Shown: in pieces, positions 28,730-39,317 of the stretch
Layout of the letters: every line of letters starts with the position of its first letter
How positions within the stretch are numbered: the stretch's first letter is position 1
DNA from: Alphaproteobacteria bacterium
Lineage (GTDB): Bacteria; Pseudomonadota; Alphaproteobacteria; SHVV01
Direction of reading: 5' to 3'
Length of the DNA stretch: 64,000 bases
Assembly: GCA_965261735.1 (NCBI GenBank)
Contig: OZ253470.1
Span: 2,496,001 to 2,560,000, forward strand
The notes under the pieces: model-generated
Database searches by the model: none
Seen by the model: only the letters and a program-made list of their open reading frames with translations
Told to the model about the DNA's origin: nothing
Translations under genes and position numbers: made by a program

Positions 28730-30619
28730 ATGGGCAACGTGCTGGTGGTTCGCGACCTCAAGGTCTGCTTCGAGCTCGCTGGCGGCCCGCTCACCGCGGT
28801 CGACGGTGTCTCGTTCCGCATCCCCGAAGGCCGGACCGTCGCTCTCGTTGGCGAATCGGGCTCGGGCAAGTCCGTCGTCGCGCAGTCGATCATGGGCATT
28901 CTACCGACCGCCGCATCCATCGCCGGCGGCGAGATTCTGTTCATGGACCCCGAAGGGGAGGGGCGCAAGCAGAACATCGCCGAGCTCGAGCGCGGCAGCA
29001 GGGCACTACGCAGCCTTCAGGGCGGGCGCATCTCTATTATTTTCCAGGAACCGATGACGTCGCTATCCCCGCTGCATACCATCGGCAATCAGATCGGCGA
29101 GGCCTTTCATCTGCACACGCAGGCGAGCAAGAGCGCGGGCACCGACGCGACCCGGGACATGCTGCGACTGGTCGGCTTCCCCGATCCGGACACGGCGCTC
29201 AGGACCTACCCGTTCGAGCTGTCGGGCGGCCTGCGCCAGCGCGCGATGATCGCCATGGCACTCGTGTGCCGGCCGGCAATCCTGATCGCGGATGAGCCGA
29301 CCACCGCGCTCGACGTCACGATCCAGGCCCAAATCCTCAAGCTGATGCAGGATCTGCAAACCGAGCTCGGCATGGCGATCCTGATGATCACGCACGACCT
29401 CGGCGTCGTTGCCAACATGGCCGAGGAAATCGTCGTCATGTACCACGGCAAGGTGGTGGAGCATGGTCGCCGGGACGACATCTTTCGCCGCTCGCGCCAT
29501 CCCTACCTGAGCGCGCTGCTCCATGCGGTGCCGCGCTTCAACATGAAGCGCGGCGAGCGGCTGGTGCCGATTCGCGAGATCAAGTCCGAAGGGGGACGCC
29601 TGCTCGCGGCCAAGGAACCGTGGCCCGACGGGAGCGACAACGGCACCCCGCTGCTGCAGGTCAAGAACCTGTGCAAGGCGTTTACCATCCGTAAGAAGGA
29701 GTGGTTTGGCGGCCGCGCCGGGGCTACGGCGACCGCCGTCAACGACGTATCCTTCGAAATCCATCGTGGCGAGTGCATGGCTCTCGTCGGCGAATCGGGC
29801 TGCGGCAAGACGACCACAAGTAAGATGTTGATGCGCGCGATTGGCGCCGACTCCGGGGAGATCGTCTTTAACGACCGCGGCCGCCCCATCGACGTGCTAG
29901 GCCTCAACGAAACTGAACTCAAGGACTACCGCCGCAGGGTCCAGTACATCTTCCAGGACCCCTTCGGCTCGCTCAACCCGCGCATGACCGTGCTCGACAT
30001 CGTGAACGAGCCCTTCGTCATCCACGGCATTGGCGACGAGGCGGAGCGCATCGAGCGCGTGCGTGAGCTCATGACACTGGTCGGGCTCGACCTGCGCCAC
30101 CTGCGGCGCTATCCCCACAGCTTCTCGGGCGGCCAGCGACAGCGCATCGGCATTGCGCGGGCGCTCGCTCTCCAGCCGGAGCTCCTCATTTGCGACGAGC
30201 CGGTGTCCGCGCTCGACGTTTCGATACAGGCCCAAATTCTTAATCTTCTCAAAGACTTGCAGTCCAAACTCGGTCTCACTTATCTGTTCATTTCGCATAA
30301 CCTGGCGGTGGTCGACTATATCTGCGACCGCATTGCCGTCATGTGTGCGGGCCGCGTCGTCGAGCTGGCGCCACGCGCGGCCTTCTTTACCAAGCCCATA
30401 CACCCCTACTCGAAGGCGCTGCTCGCCGCGGTGCCCGAGCCCAATCCTGAGGCGCGACTCGATTTGAGCGCGCTCATGGCGGGGCGCGCCTCGGACCCGG
30501 CGGCGTGGCCCGCGCCCTTCACGGTCGATGGCGGGCGGGAACCGGGTCTGGTCCATGTCGGCGACGGTCACTACGTGCGGGCCGCCGAAAACAGCTCGTT
30601 GAGGGAACTCGCATCATGA
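28730..30619 (+). CDS. Peptide/nickel-type ABC ATPase (two fused NBDs)
   Basis: GESGSGKS / LSGG / DEPTTALD and GESGCGKT / FSGGQ / DEPVSALD. Confidence 0.95.
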   Translation: MGNVLVVRDLKVCFELAGGPLTAVDGVSFRIPEGRTVALVGESGSGKSVVAQSIMGILPTAASIAGGEILFMDPEGEGRKQNIAELERGSRALRSLQGGRISIIFQEPMTSLSPLHTIGNQIGEAFHLHTQASKSAGTDATRDMLRLVGFPDPDTALRTYPFELSGGLRQRAMIAMALVCRPAILIADEPTTALDVTIQAQILKLMQDLQTELGMAILMITHDLGVVANMAEEIVVMYHGKVVEHGRRDDIFRRSRHPYLSALLHAVPRFNMKRGERLVPIREIKSEGGRLLAAKEPWPDGSDNGTPLLQVKNLCKAFTIRKKEWFGGRAGATATAVNDVSFEIHRGECMALVGESGCGKTTTSKMLMRAIGADSGEIVFNDRGRPIDVLGLNETELKDYRRRVQYIFQDPFGSLNPRMTVLDIVNEPFVIHGIGDEAERIERVRELMTLVGLDLRHLRRYPHSFSGGQRQRIGIARALALQPELLICDEPVSALDVSIQAQILNLLKDLQSKLGLTYLFISHNLAVVDYICDRIAVMCAGRVVELAPRAAFFTKPIHPYSKALLAAVPEPNPEARLDLSALMAGRASDPAAWPAPFTVDGGREPGLVHVGDGHYVRAAENSSLRELAS

Positions 30620-32538
30620 GCCGCACGCTTGCCATTGCTTTACCGAAGGCCCTCGCTGTCGCGGCGATCCTCGCCGGGCTGGCACTACCCTTGCCGTTAG
30701 CCGCTGCACCGTTTGTCGAAACGCCGATGCTGAAAGAGGCGATCGCGGCGGGGACGTTGCCGCCAATAGCCGAGCGCCTGCCCAACTCGCCGCGCGTCGT
30801 GGCGCTGACGAAGGGCAAGACGGTCGGCAAACACGGCGGCGAGCTTCGCACCCTTGTGGGCCGCGCCAAGGACGTCCGCCTTCTGGTGGTTTACGGCTAC
30901 GCCCGCCTCGTCGCCTACAGCGATCAGTTCGAGCTCGAGCCCGACATCCTCGAGTCCTTCGAGGTCGAGCACGGCCGAATCTTCACCTTCCGGCTCCGGC
31001 CCGGCCACAAATGGTCGGACGGGCACCCGTTGACCACCGAGGATTTCCGCTACTTCTGGGAGGACGTGGCCGGCAACGAGGAGCTCTCACCAGGCGGTCC
31101 CCCGCACGTCATGCTGGTCGACGGCGAGCGCCCGGTGTTCGAGGTCATCGACGAGACCACGGTCCGTTACACCTGGAGCCAGCCCAACCCCTACTTCCTT
31201 TCGGCGCTCGCCGGTGCCACTCCGCTCTTCGTCTATCGCCCGGCGCATTACCTCAAGCAGTTCCACATGCGCTACGCCGGGGAGCAGAAGATCGCCGACA
31301 TGGTCGAGGCCGAGGGCCAGCGCGACTGGGTGGCGCTGCACTTTCGCAAGGACCAGCTCTACAAGTTCGCCAATGTCGACATGCCGACGTTGCAGCCGTG
31401 GCGCAACACGACACGGCCGCCGGCGAATCGCTTCATCGGCGAGCGCAACCCCTTCTTCCACCGCGTCGACGAGCGCGGGCAGCAGCTCCCCTACATCGAC
31501 CGGGTGATCCTCGTCCAGGCCAACTCGAAGCTGATCCCCGCCAAGGCCGGCTCGGGCGAGGTCGATCTTCAAGCGCGCCACGTGTTCTTCAGCAACTACA
31601 CCTTCCTCAAGTCGAATGAGGAGCGCAACGACTTCACCACCCGTCTGTGGAGCGAGGCCAAAGGGTCGCACTTCACGCTCTACCCCAATCTCAACATCAG
31701 CGATCCGGAGTGGCGCCGCGTTTTTCGCGATGTGCGTTTCAGGCGAGCGATATCGCTGGCCATAGACCGTACGCTCATCAACGAGGTGCTGTTCTTCGGC
31801 CTGGCGCTGGAAAGCAACAATACGGTCCTGCCGCAGAGCCCGCTGTTCCGCGAGGAGTACCGGGTTACCTGGACCGAGTTCGACATCGACAAGGCGAACG
31901 CGATTCTCGACGAGATGGGCCTCGAACGCGGGAGCGACGGGATCCGCCAGCTGCCGGATGGACGTCCGCTCAACATCATCGTCGAAACCGCGGGTGAGAA
32001 CACCGAGGAAACCGACATCCTCGAGCTCATCCACGATACCTGGGGGGAGATCGGCATACGCCTGTTCACGCGGCCCTCGCAGCGCGAGGTGTTCCGCAAC
32101 CGAATCTTCGCGGGACAAACCATGATGTCGGTGTGGACCGGCTTCGAAAACGGCGTCCCCTCGGCCGACATGAGCCCGGCCGAACTCGCCCCGACCACGC
32201 AGCAGAACCTGCAGTGGCCGAAATGGGGCCAGTACTACGAAACCAGCGGCGGCGCCGGCGAGCCGCCAGACTTGGAGCCCGCGGCCGAGCTCCTGCGCCT
32301 CAACAACGTCTGGCGCAACGCGACGACGCGCACCGAGCGCGAAGAGATCTGGTCGCGCATGCTCAAGATCCACATGGAGCAGATGTTCACCATCGGTGTC
32401 ATCAGCGGCGTTCGCCAGCCGATCATCGTACACAACAGCCTGCGCAACGTTCCCGAGGAGGCCGTCTACGGCTGGGACCCGGGCGCGCAGTTCGGGGTCT
32501 ACCGGCCAGACACCTTCTGGTTCGCCACCGACGATTAG
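30616..32538 (+). CDS. ABC substrate-binding protein, family 5
   Basis: Signal peptide, GTLPPIAERLP, LR.GHKWSDG.P.T.ED, RFRRAISLAIDR. Confidence 0.93.
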   Translation: MSRTLAIALPKALAVAAILAGLALPLPLAAAPFVETPMLKEAIAAGTLPPIAERLPNSPRVVALTKGKTVGKHGGELRTLVGRAKDVRLLVVYGYARLVAYSDQFELEPDILESFEVEHGRIFTFRLRPGHKWSDGHPLTTEDFRYFWEDVAGNEELSPGGPPHVMLVDGERPVFEVIDETTVRYTWSQPNPYFLSALAGATPLFVYRPAHYLKQFHMRYAGEQKIADMVEAEGQRDWVALHFRKDQLYKFANVDMPTLQPWRNTTRPPANRFIGERNPFFHRVDERGQQLPYIDRVILVQANSKLIPAKAGSGEVDLQARHVFFSNYTFLKSNEERNDFTTRLWSEAKGSHFTLYPNLNISDPEWRRVFRDVRFRRAISLAIDRTLINEVLFFGLALESNNTVLPQSPLFREEYRVTWTEFDIDKANAILDEMGLERGSDGIRQLPDGRPLNIIVETAGENTEETDILELIHDTWGEIGIRLFTRPSQREVFRNRIFAGQTMMSVWTGFENGVPSADMSPAELAPTTQQNLQWPKWGQYYETSGGAGEPPDLEPAAELLRLNNVWRNATTRTEREEIWSRMLKIHMEQMFTIGVISGVRQPIIVHNSLRNVPEEAVYGWDPGAQFGVYRPDTFWFATDD

Positions 32539-32566
32539 GCCGTGGCGCGCGCGCCGGGACCTCCGC

Positions 32567-33592
32567 ATGCTTACTTACACCGTTCACCGCATCCTCATCA
32601 TGATCCCCACGCTGTTCGCGGTCAGCGTGCTCACGTTCATCATCATCCAGCTGCCTCCCGGCGACTACCTATCCAACCAGATCGCCGAAATGCAGGCACA
32701 GGGCGAGTCGGCGAACACCGAGAAGATCGAATTCCTGCGCCGCCAGTACGGGCTCGACCGGCCGCTCGTCATGCAATACGCGATTTGGGCCGGCGTGTGG
32801 CCGGGCGAGAACGGCTTCTCGGGCCTGCTGCAGGGCGACCTCGGCTACTCCTTCGAGTTCGACCTGCCCGTCGTCGACGTCGTCGGCGACCGGGTGTGGC
32901 TGTCGTTCCTGGTCTCGTTCTCGACCATCGTCTTCACCTGGGTCGTTTCGTTCCCGATCGGCGTCTACTCGGCGACACACCAATATAGCTGGGGAGACCA
33001 TTCGCTCACGTTCATCGGGTTCCTCGGCCTGGCGACGCCCAACTTCCTGCTCGCCCTGGTGCTGCTGTACTTCGCCAACGTGACCTTCGGGACCGCGATC
33101 GGCGGGCTCATGGACCCGCAGTATCTCGACCAACCCTGGACGTGGGCCAAGGCGCGCTCGGTCCTCGCGCACCTCTGGGTGCCGGTCGTGGTCATCGGCA
33201 CGTCGGGCACCGCCGGCATGATCCGGCGCCTGCGCGCCAATCTCCTGGACGAGCTGCAAAAGCAATACGTGACCACCGGCCGCGCCAAGGGCCTGCCGCC
33301 CTTTCGGCTGCTGCTGAAATACCCGCTGCGCATGGCGCTGAACCCCTTTATCGCCGACATCGGCAGCCTCCTGCCGCAGGTCATTTCCGGGGCGGCGATC
33401 GTATCGGTGGTGCTGTCCCTGCCGACGACCGGACCCATGCTCCTGCAGGCCCTGCAATCTCAGGATCAGTACCTCGCCGGCTCCTTCCTCATGGCGCTCG
33501 CGATGCTCACCGTCGTCGGCATGTTCCTCTCGGACCTGGCGCTGGCGGCGCTGGATCCGCGGATCCGGCTCGGCGGGGGAACGATGCGATGA
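32567..33592 (+). CDS. ABC permease (OppB/DppB-like)
   Basis: YGLDRP, GDLGYS, YVTTGRAKGL, LDPRIR. Confidence 0.93.
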   Translation: MLTYTVHRILIMIPTLFAVSVLTFIIIQLPPGDYLSNQIAEMQAQGESANTEKIEFLRRQYGLDRPLVMQYAIWAGVWPGENGFSGLLQGDLGYSFEFDLPVVDVVGDRVWLSFLVSFSTIVFTWVVSFPIGVYSATHQYSWGDHSLTFIGFLGLATPNFLLALVLLYFANVTFGTAIGGLMDPQYLDQPWTWAKARSVLAHLWVPVVVIGTSGTAGMIRRLRANLLDELQKQYVTTGRAKGLPPFRLLLKYPLRMALNPFIADIGSLLPQVISGAAIVSVVLSLPTTGPMLLQALQSQDQYLAGSFLMALAMLTVVGMFLSDLALAALDPRIRLGGGTMR

Positions 33593-34767
33593 GCACCACC
33601 GCGTGGGAGCGCGAGAGCGGGCCGCTCGACCACTACGTCTCGGCCGAGCCCTTCGATCCCTACTCCGTCGAGGCCATGACGCCGGCGCAGGAGCGCTTCT
33701 ATATGGCGTCGCAGTGGAAGATGATGTGGTGGAAGCTCAGGCGCCACCGCATCGCCGTGATCGCCGGTGTGATTCTTCTCGTCGCGTATCTATCGATCTT
33801 CATCTCCGAGTTCATCGCCCCCTACGACCTGCACACGCGCGATGCGCGCCACATCTATGCGCCGCCCCAGGGGATACACCTGTTTCATGAGGGGGCGTTC
33901 GTTGGGCCGTTCGTGTACGGCTACAAGCGAAGCCTGAACATGACGACCCTGCAGCGCGAGTACACGCCCGACCCCGCCAAGGTGCAGCGCGTGCGCTTTT
34001 TCTGCCGCGGCGACGACTACCGCTTCTGGGGCCAGATCGAGGGTCGCTTCCACTTCTTCTGCCCGGCCGAGCGCGGCACGCTCCATCTTCTCGGCACCGA
34101 CCGCCTGGGCCGCGACATGTTCTCGCGCATCGTTTACGGGACGCGCATCTCGCTCTCGGTGGGATTGCTCGGCATCACCGTGAGTTTCCTGCTCGGCCTC
34201 TTTTTCGGCGGCCTGTCGGGCTATTACGGGGGTTGGGTCGACACCGCGGTGCAGCGGCTGATCGAGATCATGCGCTCGTTCCCCGAGCTGCCGCTGTGGA
34301 TGGCGCTGTCGGCGGCGCTGCCGGTGACCTGGAGCCCGATCTTCATCTATTTCGGGATCACCATCATTCTCGGGCTCCTGGACTGGACGGGCCTCGCCCG
34401 GGCGGTCCGATCCAAGCTTCTGGCGCTGCGCGAGGAGGACTTCTGCACGGCCGCGATCCTGCTCGGGGCGCCGCCGTCGCGCGTGATCGTGCGCCACCTG
34501 CTGCCCAGTTTCATGAGCCACCTGATCGCTTCGGCGACCCTGTCGGTGCCGTCGATGATTCTCGGCGAGACCGCGCTCTCGTTCCTCGGTCTCGGCTTGC
34601 GCCCGCCGATCACGAGCTGGGGCGTGCTGCTGAACGAGGCCCAGAACATCAACGTCGTCGCCCTCTACCCGTGGCTCATGCTGCCGGTGGTCCCGGTGAT
34701 CATCGTGGTCCTCGCGCTCAACTTCTTTGGCGACGGGCTGCGCGACGCCGCCGACCCCTACAAATAG
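33589..34767 (+). CDS. ABC permease (OppC/DppC-like)
   Basis: LGTDRLGRD, RHLLP, ETALSFLGLG, GDGLRDA.DP. Confidence 0.93.
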   Translation: MSTTAWERESGPLDHYVSAEPFDPYSVEAMTPAQERFYMASQWKMMWWKLRRHRIAVIAGVILLVAYLSIFISEFIAPYDLHTRDARHIYAPPQGIHLFHEGAFVGPFVYGYKRSLNMTTLQREYTPDPAKVQRVRFFCRGDDYRFWGQIEGRFHFFCPAERGTLHLLGTDRLGRDMFSRIVYGTRISLSVGLLGITVSFLLGLFFGGLSGYYGGWVDTAVQRLIEIMRSFPELPLWMALSAALPVTWSPIFIYFGITIILGLLDWTGLARAVRSKLLALREEDFCTAAILLGAPPSRVIVRHLLPSFMSHLIASATLSVPSMILGETALSFLGLGLRPPITSWGVLLNEAQNINVVALYPWLMLPVVPVIIVVLALNFFGDGLRDAADPYK

Positions 34768-34773
34768 GCGCGC

Positions 34774-35625
34774 CTAGGGTTCGCGTTTGCGCAGCCACAG
34801 GCTCGATTCGTAGGCCCCTGGGGGGAGCGGCAGCTCGGCTATGACCGACGCCGAGACGCGATCGGCCATGGCCTGCGTAGCGTAGTGGCTGGCGAACAGG
34901 GGCTGCCAGCCACCGCCCTGAAGGAGCGCCGCCACCGCCTGCTGCTCGTTGTAGCCGCGCCACGCCCACTCCGGGGGATAGGGGTCGGGCAGGAAGATGT
35001 CGTGCAGGTGCACGAGCACGCCCGGCGCGAGGCCGGGCAGGACGTGGTTGAGCAGTACATCGACATCACTGCCCGGCATCAGCACGTGGCTCGAATCAAC
35101 GATCAGCATGTCGCCCGCGGCCAGCGCCGCGAAGGCCGCGCGGCCGGCGCCGCCCGCGCCCTGGACGGTGGAGCGAATGAGCGTGATGGGGAGACCCGCG
35201 AGCGCCGCCCGCGGGGCCGGGTCGATGGCGGTGATGTCGCGCGCGATACCGGCGTCGCGCGCGGCGCGCGCGACGAAGCGCGTCGAATGGCCCGACCCCA
35301 CCTCGACGATGCGCTCGGGCCGATGATGGCGAACCATGGCATAGAGCGCAGCCCCATCGAGGCGCGGAAACCAGTCCTGCGCCCAGCGTGGCGCGGGCGC
35401 CGCCTCGCCGCCGATGGCGCGCAACTCTGCGGCATAACGATCGATGAGCGACAGCATCTCGGCAAACGCCCCGGCGCGCGCGGCAAAGAGCGCGGCCGTC
35501 GACTCATAGCGCCGGCGAACGTCGCTCGGCGTGAGCGCCGCGGCATAACGGTAGGGGATGAAAAAGCCCCGGCGCGCGAGCCCGAGGACCGTTGCCAGGC
35601 CCATCACGAGGCGGCGCGGCGTCAC
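34774..35625 (-). CDS. Class I SAM-dependent methyltransferase (Methyltransf_24-like)
   Basis: VEVGSGHST, IVDSSH, HLHDIFLP..YP, YNEQ. Confidence 0.85.
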   Translation of the reverse strand: MTPRRLVMGLATVLGLARRGFFIPYRYAAALTPSDVRRRYESTAALFAARAGAFAEMLSLIDRYAAELRAIGGEAAPAPRWAQDWFPRLDGAALYAMVRHHRPERIVEVGSGHSTRFVARAARDAGIARDITAIDPAPRAALAGLPITLIRSTVQGAGGAGRAAFAALAAGDMLIVDSSHVLMPGSDVDVLLNHVLPGLAPGVLVHLHDIFLPDPYPPEWAWRGYNEQQAVAALLQGGGWQPLFASHYATQAMADRVSASVIAELPLPPGAYESSLWLRKREP

Positions 35626-35651
35626 CGCTGCCCCCGCTCAGGCCACCGCAA

Positions 35652-36485
35652 TCACGGCCTCAGCACCATACCCTCACGGGCCACCACCGAGCCCGGCCGG
35701 CGCTGTTCGACCAGGGCTGCGATCTCGTCCATGAACGCGTCGTCGTGGTCGGGGTCATGGTGAAACACGACGAACTGCTTGACCCCCGCGGCGTCGCACA
35801 ACCTAACCCCTTCCTCCCATGTCGAGTGGCCGAAGCCGCGGCGCCGGGGAAGCTCCTCCTCGGTGAACATCGAATCGTAGATGGCTATGTCGGCGCCCTC
35901 GATAAGGTTGAGGATGTTCTGGTTGGGTTCGCCGTCGACGTGCTCGGTGTCGGTCAGGTAACAGATCGACTTGCCGGCGAATTCGACGCGATAGCCCGTG
36001 GCCCCGTTGGGGTGCCTGAGGGGCGCGGTGCGCAGCGTCACGCCGGGCTTGGGGTTGAGCGTTTCGCCCATGCGAAAATCACGAAACGAGATCTCTGCGG
36101 CGAAGATCTCGAGCGGCACCGGGAACAAAGGCGCCATCATCATCTCCGACAACACGATGCGCAGATTGAGCTCGGGCATCAAATGGCCGGCCCACATGCG
36201 AAAGGTATTGTCGGGGTTGAACGCGGGCTTGAAGAAGGGCAGGCCGACGACGTGGTCGAAGTGGGTGTGAGTGAGAAACAGATCGGCATCGAGTGGCGCT
36301 TCGGCGAGTAGCGAATCACCGAGCTTGCGAAAGCCGGTCCCGGCGTCGAACATGAGCAGATGCTCGCCGCAGCGGATTTCGAGGCTCGAGGTGTTGCCGC
36401 CATAGCGGACCGTTTCGGGGCCCGCGCAGGCGACGCTGCCGCGCACGCCCCAAAAACGGACGAGAAAATCCTCCTTGGCGGCCAC
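35652..36485 (-). CDS. MBL-fold metallohydrolase (phosphodiesterase/RNase Z-like)
   Basis: FWGVRGS, YGGNT, DAGTG, THTHFDH, GHST, FHHDP; GGAGGTGA SD before a GTG. Confidence 0.9.
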   Translation of the reverse strand: MAAKEDFLVRFWGVRGSVACAGPETVRYGGNTSSLEIRCGEHLLMFDAGTGFRKLGDSLLAEAPLDADLFLTHTHFDHVVGLPFFKPAFNPDNTFRMWAGHLMPELNLRIVLSEMMMAPLFPVPLEIFAAEISFRDFRMGETLNPKPGVTLRTAPLRHPNGATGYRVEFAGKSICYLTDTEHVDGEPNQNILNLIEGADIAIYDSMFTEEELPRRRGFGHSTWEEGVRLCDAAGVKQFVVFHHDPDHDDAFMDEIAALVEQRRPGSVVAREGMVLRP

Positions 36486-36675
36486 ATCACCTCCCGCGCG
36501 TGGACGATGCAGGGTTAATCGACACGGTAATGTAGTCATATAGGAGAATCGGCGCCGAATTCAGCCAATATTCTGTCGCGATGTGTGACCGATGAGGGGG
36601 TTGGGCCAGGTTAGAGGCCGTCATGCAGCGTTTGAAGGGACAAAAAGCGGTGTATCCTGCCGCGAATAGTGATCG

Positions 36676-37440
36676 ATGGCGCCGATGAAGGAGTTCGTAT
36701 CGCTTGAGGTGACCGGCGACAGGGCGACCATTACGCTCGACCGCCCCGACCGTCACAACGTCATCGAGCCCGCGGATCTGCCGGGCCTCGATCGCGTCCT
36801 CGACGAGGCGGCCGCCGCGCCCGCGGTGCGCGTGCTGGTCCTTACCGCCAGCGGCGCCACCTTCAGCGCCGGTTTCGACATCGCCGGCATCGCCGCCACC
36901 GACTGGCGCGCGAACCCGTTCGAGAAGATCGCCGATCGCATCGCGGGCTTGAGCGTGCCCACCCTGTGCGCGCTCAACGGCAGCGCCTATGGTGGTGCCG
37001 TCGACCTGGCGCTGGCCTGCGACTTTCGCGTCGGCGTCCACGGCATGCGCCTGGCGGTCCCCGCGGCGCGAATTGGGGTCGCCTACTATGTCGGCGGAGT
37101 GCGTCGCCTGGTCGAGCGCTTCGGCCCCGGCCTCGCGCGCCGCCTGCTTCTTGCCGGCGAGGAGTTGGGCGCTGAAACCCTGGCGGAGATCGGCTTCCTC
37201 GACCGGCTCGTCGTCGCCGACGAGCTCGCCGAGACCACGCGCTCGATGGCGGCGCGCTTGAGCGCCGGGGCGCCGCTCGCGCTGGCGACGATGAAGCGCC
37301 TCATCAACGGCATATCGCAAGGCGCGCTCGATGAGAACCAGGCGCGCGAGGCGGTGGTCAGGGTCTTCGGCTCGGCCGACGCCGCCGAGGGCCAAGCCGC
37401 CTTCGGCGCCAAACGCGAGCCCAGGTTTCAGGGACGCTGA
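36676..37440 (+). CDS. Enoyl-CoA hydratase/isomerase family protein
   Basis: ITLDRP..N, FSAGFDI, ALNG.AYGG..DLALACD, KREPRF.G. Confidence 0.9.
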   Translation: MAPMKEFVSLEVTGDRATITLDRPDRHNVIEPADLPGLDRVLDEAAAAPAVRVLVLTASGATFSAGFDIAGIAATDWRANPFEKIADRIAGLSVPTLCALNGSAYGGAVDLALACDFRVGVHGMRLAVPAARIGVAYYVGGVRRLVERFGPGLARRLLLAGEELGAETLAEIGFLDRLVVADELAETTRSMAARLSAGAPLALATMKRLINGISQGALDENQAREAVVRVFGSADAAEGQAAFGAKREPRFQGR

Positions 37441-37465
37441 GAGGCGTGCGGGCCTCGGGCCCGGC

Positions 37466-38155
37466 CTACGGAACCAGCCGATAGCCGCCGGGCTCGGTCA
37501 CCAGGAGCACGGCGTTGGCGGGATCGCGTTCGATCTTCTGACGCAGCCGGTAGATGTGGGTCTCCAGCGTGTGCGTGGTGACGCCGGCATTGTAGCCCCA
37601 CACTTCGCTTAACAGCACGTCGCGGTGCACCACCTTGTTGCCGACCCGATAGAGGTATTTGAGGATCGAGGTCTCCTTCTCGGTGAGCCGGACCTTCTGC
37701 TCCTTCTCGTTGTCGACCAGAAGCTTGGCGCTCGGCCGGAAGGTGTAGTGACCGATGTTGAAGACGGCATCCTCGCTCTGGTCGTGCTGGCGCAGCTGGG
37801 AGCGGATGCGGGCCAGCAGCACGCCGAGGCGGAATGGCTTGACGATGTAGTCGTTGGCCCCGGAATCGAGGCCGAGAATGGCGTCCGAGTCCGTATCCGC
37901 GCCGGTCAGCATGAGGATCGGCGCACTGACGCCGGCCCGGCGCATCATGCGGCACACCTCGCGCCCATCGAGATCGGGGAGGCCGATGTCGAGCAGCACG
38001 AGGTCGAAGTGCTCGGCCTTGACGCGCTCAAGCGCCTGCGCGCCTTTTTCGACCTGAACCGTGGAGAACTCCTCGTGCATCTCGAGCTGCTCGGCGAGCG
38101 AGGCCCGAAGCGACAGGTCGTCGTCGACGAGAAGTACCTTTTTGGTCGCGCTCAT
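37466..38155 (-). CDS. cenR: OmpR-family response regulator, CenR-like
   Basis: LVDDD, LLD..LPD.DG, GANDY..KPF, LTEKETSILKYLYR, THTLETHIYRLRQKIE; near the L,D-transpeptidase gene and yggS. Confidence 0.8.
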   Translation of the reverse strand: MSATKKVLLVDDDLSLRASLAEQLEMHEEFSTVQVEKGAQALERVKAEHFDLVLLDIGLPDLDGREVCRMMRRAGVSAPILMLTGADTDSDAILGLDSGANDYIVKPFRLGVLLARIRSQLRQHDQSEDAVFNIGHYTFRPSAKLLVDNEKEQKVRLTEKETSILKYLYRVGNKVVHRDVLLSEVWGYNAGVTTHTLETHIYRLRQKIERDPANAVLLVTEPGGYRLVP

Positions 38156-38299
38156 GCTGGTTTCCGTGCCGCCTAATACATCCAAATGGCATCGAGGACA
38201 ACGCCAAACAAGGCGAGCGCCAAATATTGGGCGCGCGAGGACCGCTCGCCGCCGGGTTGAGCTGTGTGATCGATGTACCCAACCGTAACGGTCGCGGAA

Positions 38300-39167
38300 C
38301 TACTCCAGCGACATCTGACGCAGCATGGCGCGCGTCAATTCGTGGTCCGCGCGCCCGAGTCCATCGACGATGGTGTAGTGGTTGTCGCCCGCCGGTGTCA
38401 TCGTTTGCACGGGATGGCCGAGGCTCCGCAGGCGCGCGGCATAGGCTTCGGACTGGCGCCGGAACTCATCGGTCTCGTCGCCGCCGACGGCGACAATGAG
38501 CGGTGCAGCGTGCTTGGGCGACACATGTATCGGTCTGTTGTGGCGAGCTTGCGCCTCGTCGAGCCCGAGCTTGTCGTTCACGTAGCATAGGCGCATCGGC
38601 TCGAGATCGAAGAGGCTGCTAATCGCGCACGCGCCCGCGATCAGATCGGGCGGCAGGTCGGGCTCGATGGCGGGCCAGTCCGTCGCCAGCATCATGCCTA
38701 CCAGGTGGCCGCCCGCCGAGTGGCCGGACACGAACAGGCGATCCGCGTCGGCACCGAATTCGCCCGCGTGGCGCCACAGCCACGCCACTGCGGCCCGGTT
38801 CTGGCGGACGATCTCGTCGATGTCGGCGGCGGGCGCGAGCGTGTAGTCGATCACTGCCAGCGCCGCACCGGCATCGACGATGCCATCCGCGACGTAGCTG
38901 AAGTCGTCCTTGCTCATCGCCTGCCAGTAGCCGCCGTGGATGAATACCTGAAGCGGCGCCGGCGACTCGCCGTTGGCCGGGAAGACGTCGACCCGCTCGT
39001 CGGCGCCGGCCCCTGTAGGCAAGGTCGAGGTGAGCCGCGCGCTGGTGCCGCGCGTCGCGGCTCGATTCGCCCCATTTCTTGAAGAAATCGGCCCATTCCG
39101 GGATGAGCCCGCGCATGTAGTACTGGGCATCGAGACCGGCTCGATCGTAGTCCCGGTAGTGCGTCAC
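38300..39167 (-). pseudogene. Alpha/beta hydrolase (arylformamidase-like) with one extra base near 39014
   Basis: N-terminus LDAQY...LDLAY is in one frame; HGGYW and GHSAGG are in another. May be an assembly error. Confidence 0.8.
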
Positions 39168-39276
39168 CCCGGCGCGCACCGGCCGGAAACGGCAGCATTT
39201 GCCGCGCCGCCTTCCGCGCGTATCGGCGGCGTTGTCTTAACCATTTGAGATGTCGCCACTTTTTCGCCCCGCGGAC

Positions 39277-39292
39277 TGGCGCGCGGTTTGCT
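39277..39292 (+). promoter_or_regulatory. Sigma54 -24/-12 promoter
   Basis: TGGCGCG-CGGT-TTGCT (GG-N10-GC). Confidence 0.6.
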
Positions 39293-39317
39293 ACACGCGA
39301 ATGAGGAGCACCGTACC

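Noticed and set aside
31087-32568. 493-aa minus-strand ORF
   Set aside because: Antisense to the substrate-binding protein gene.
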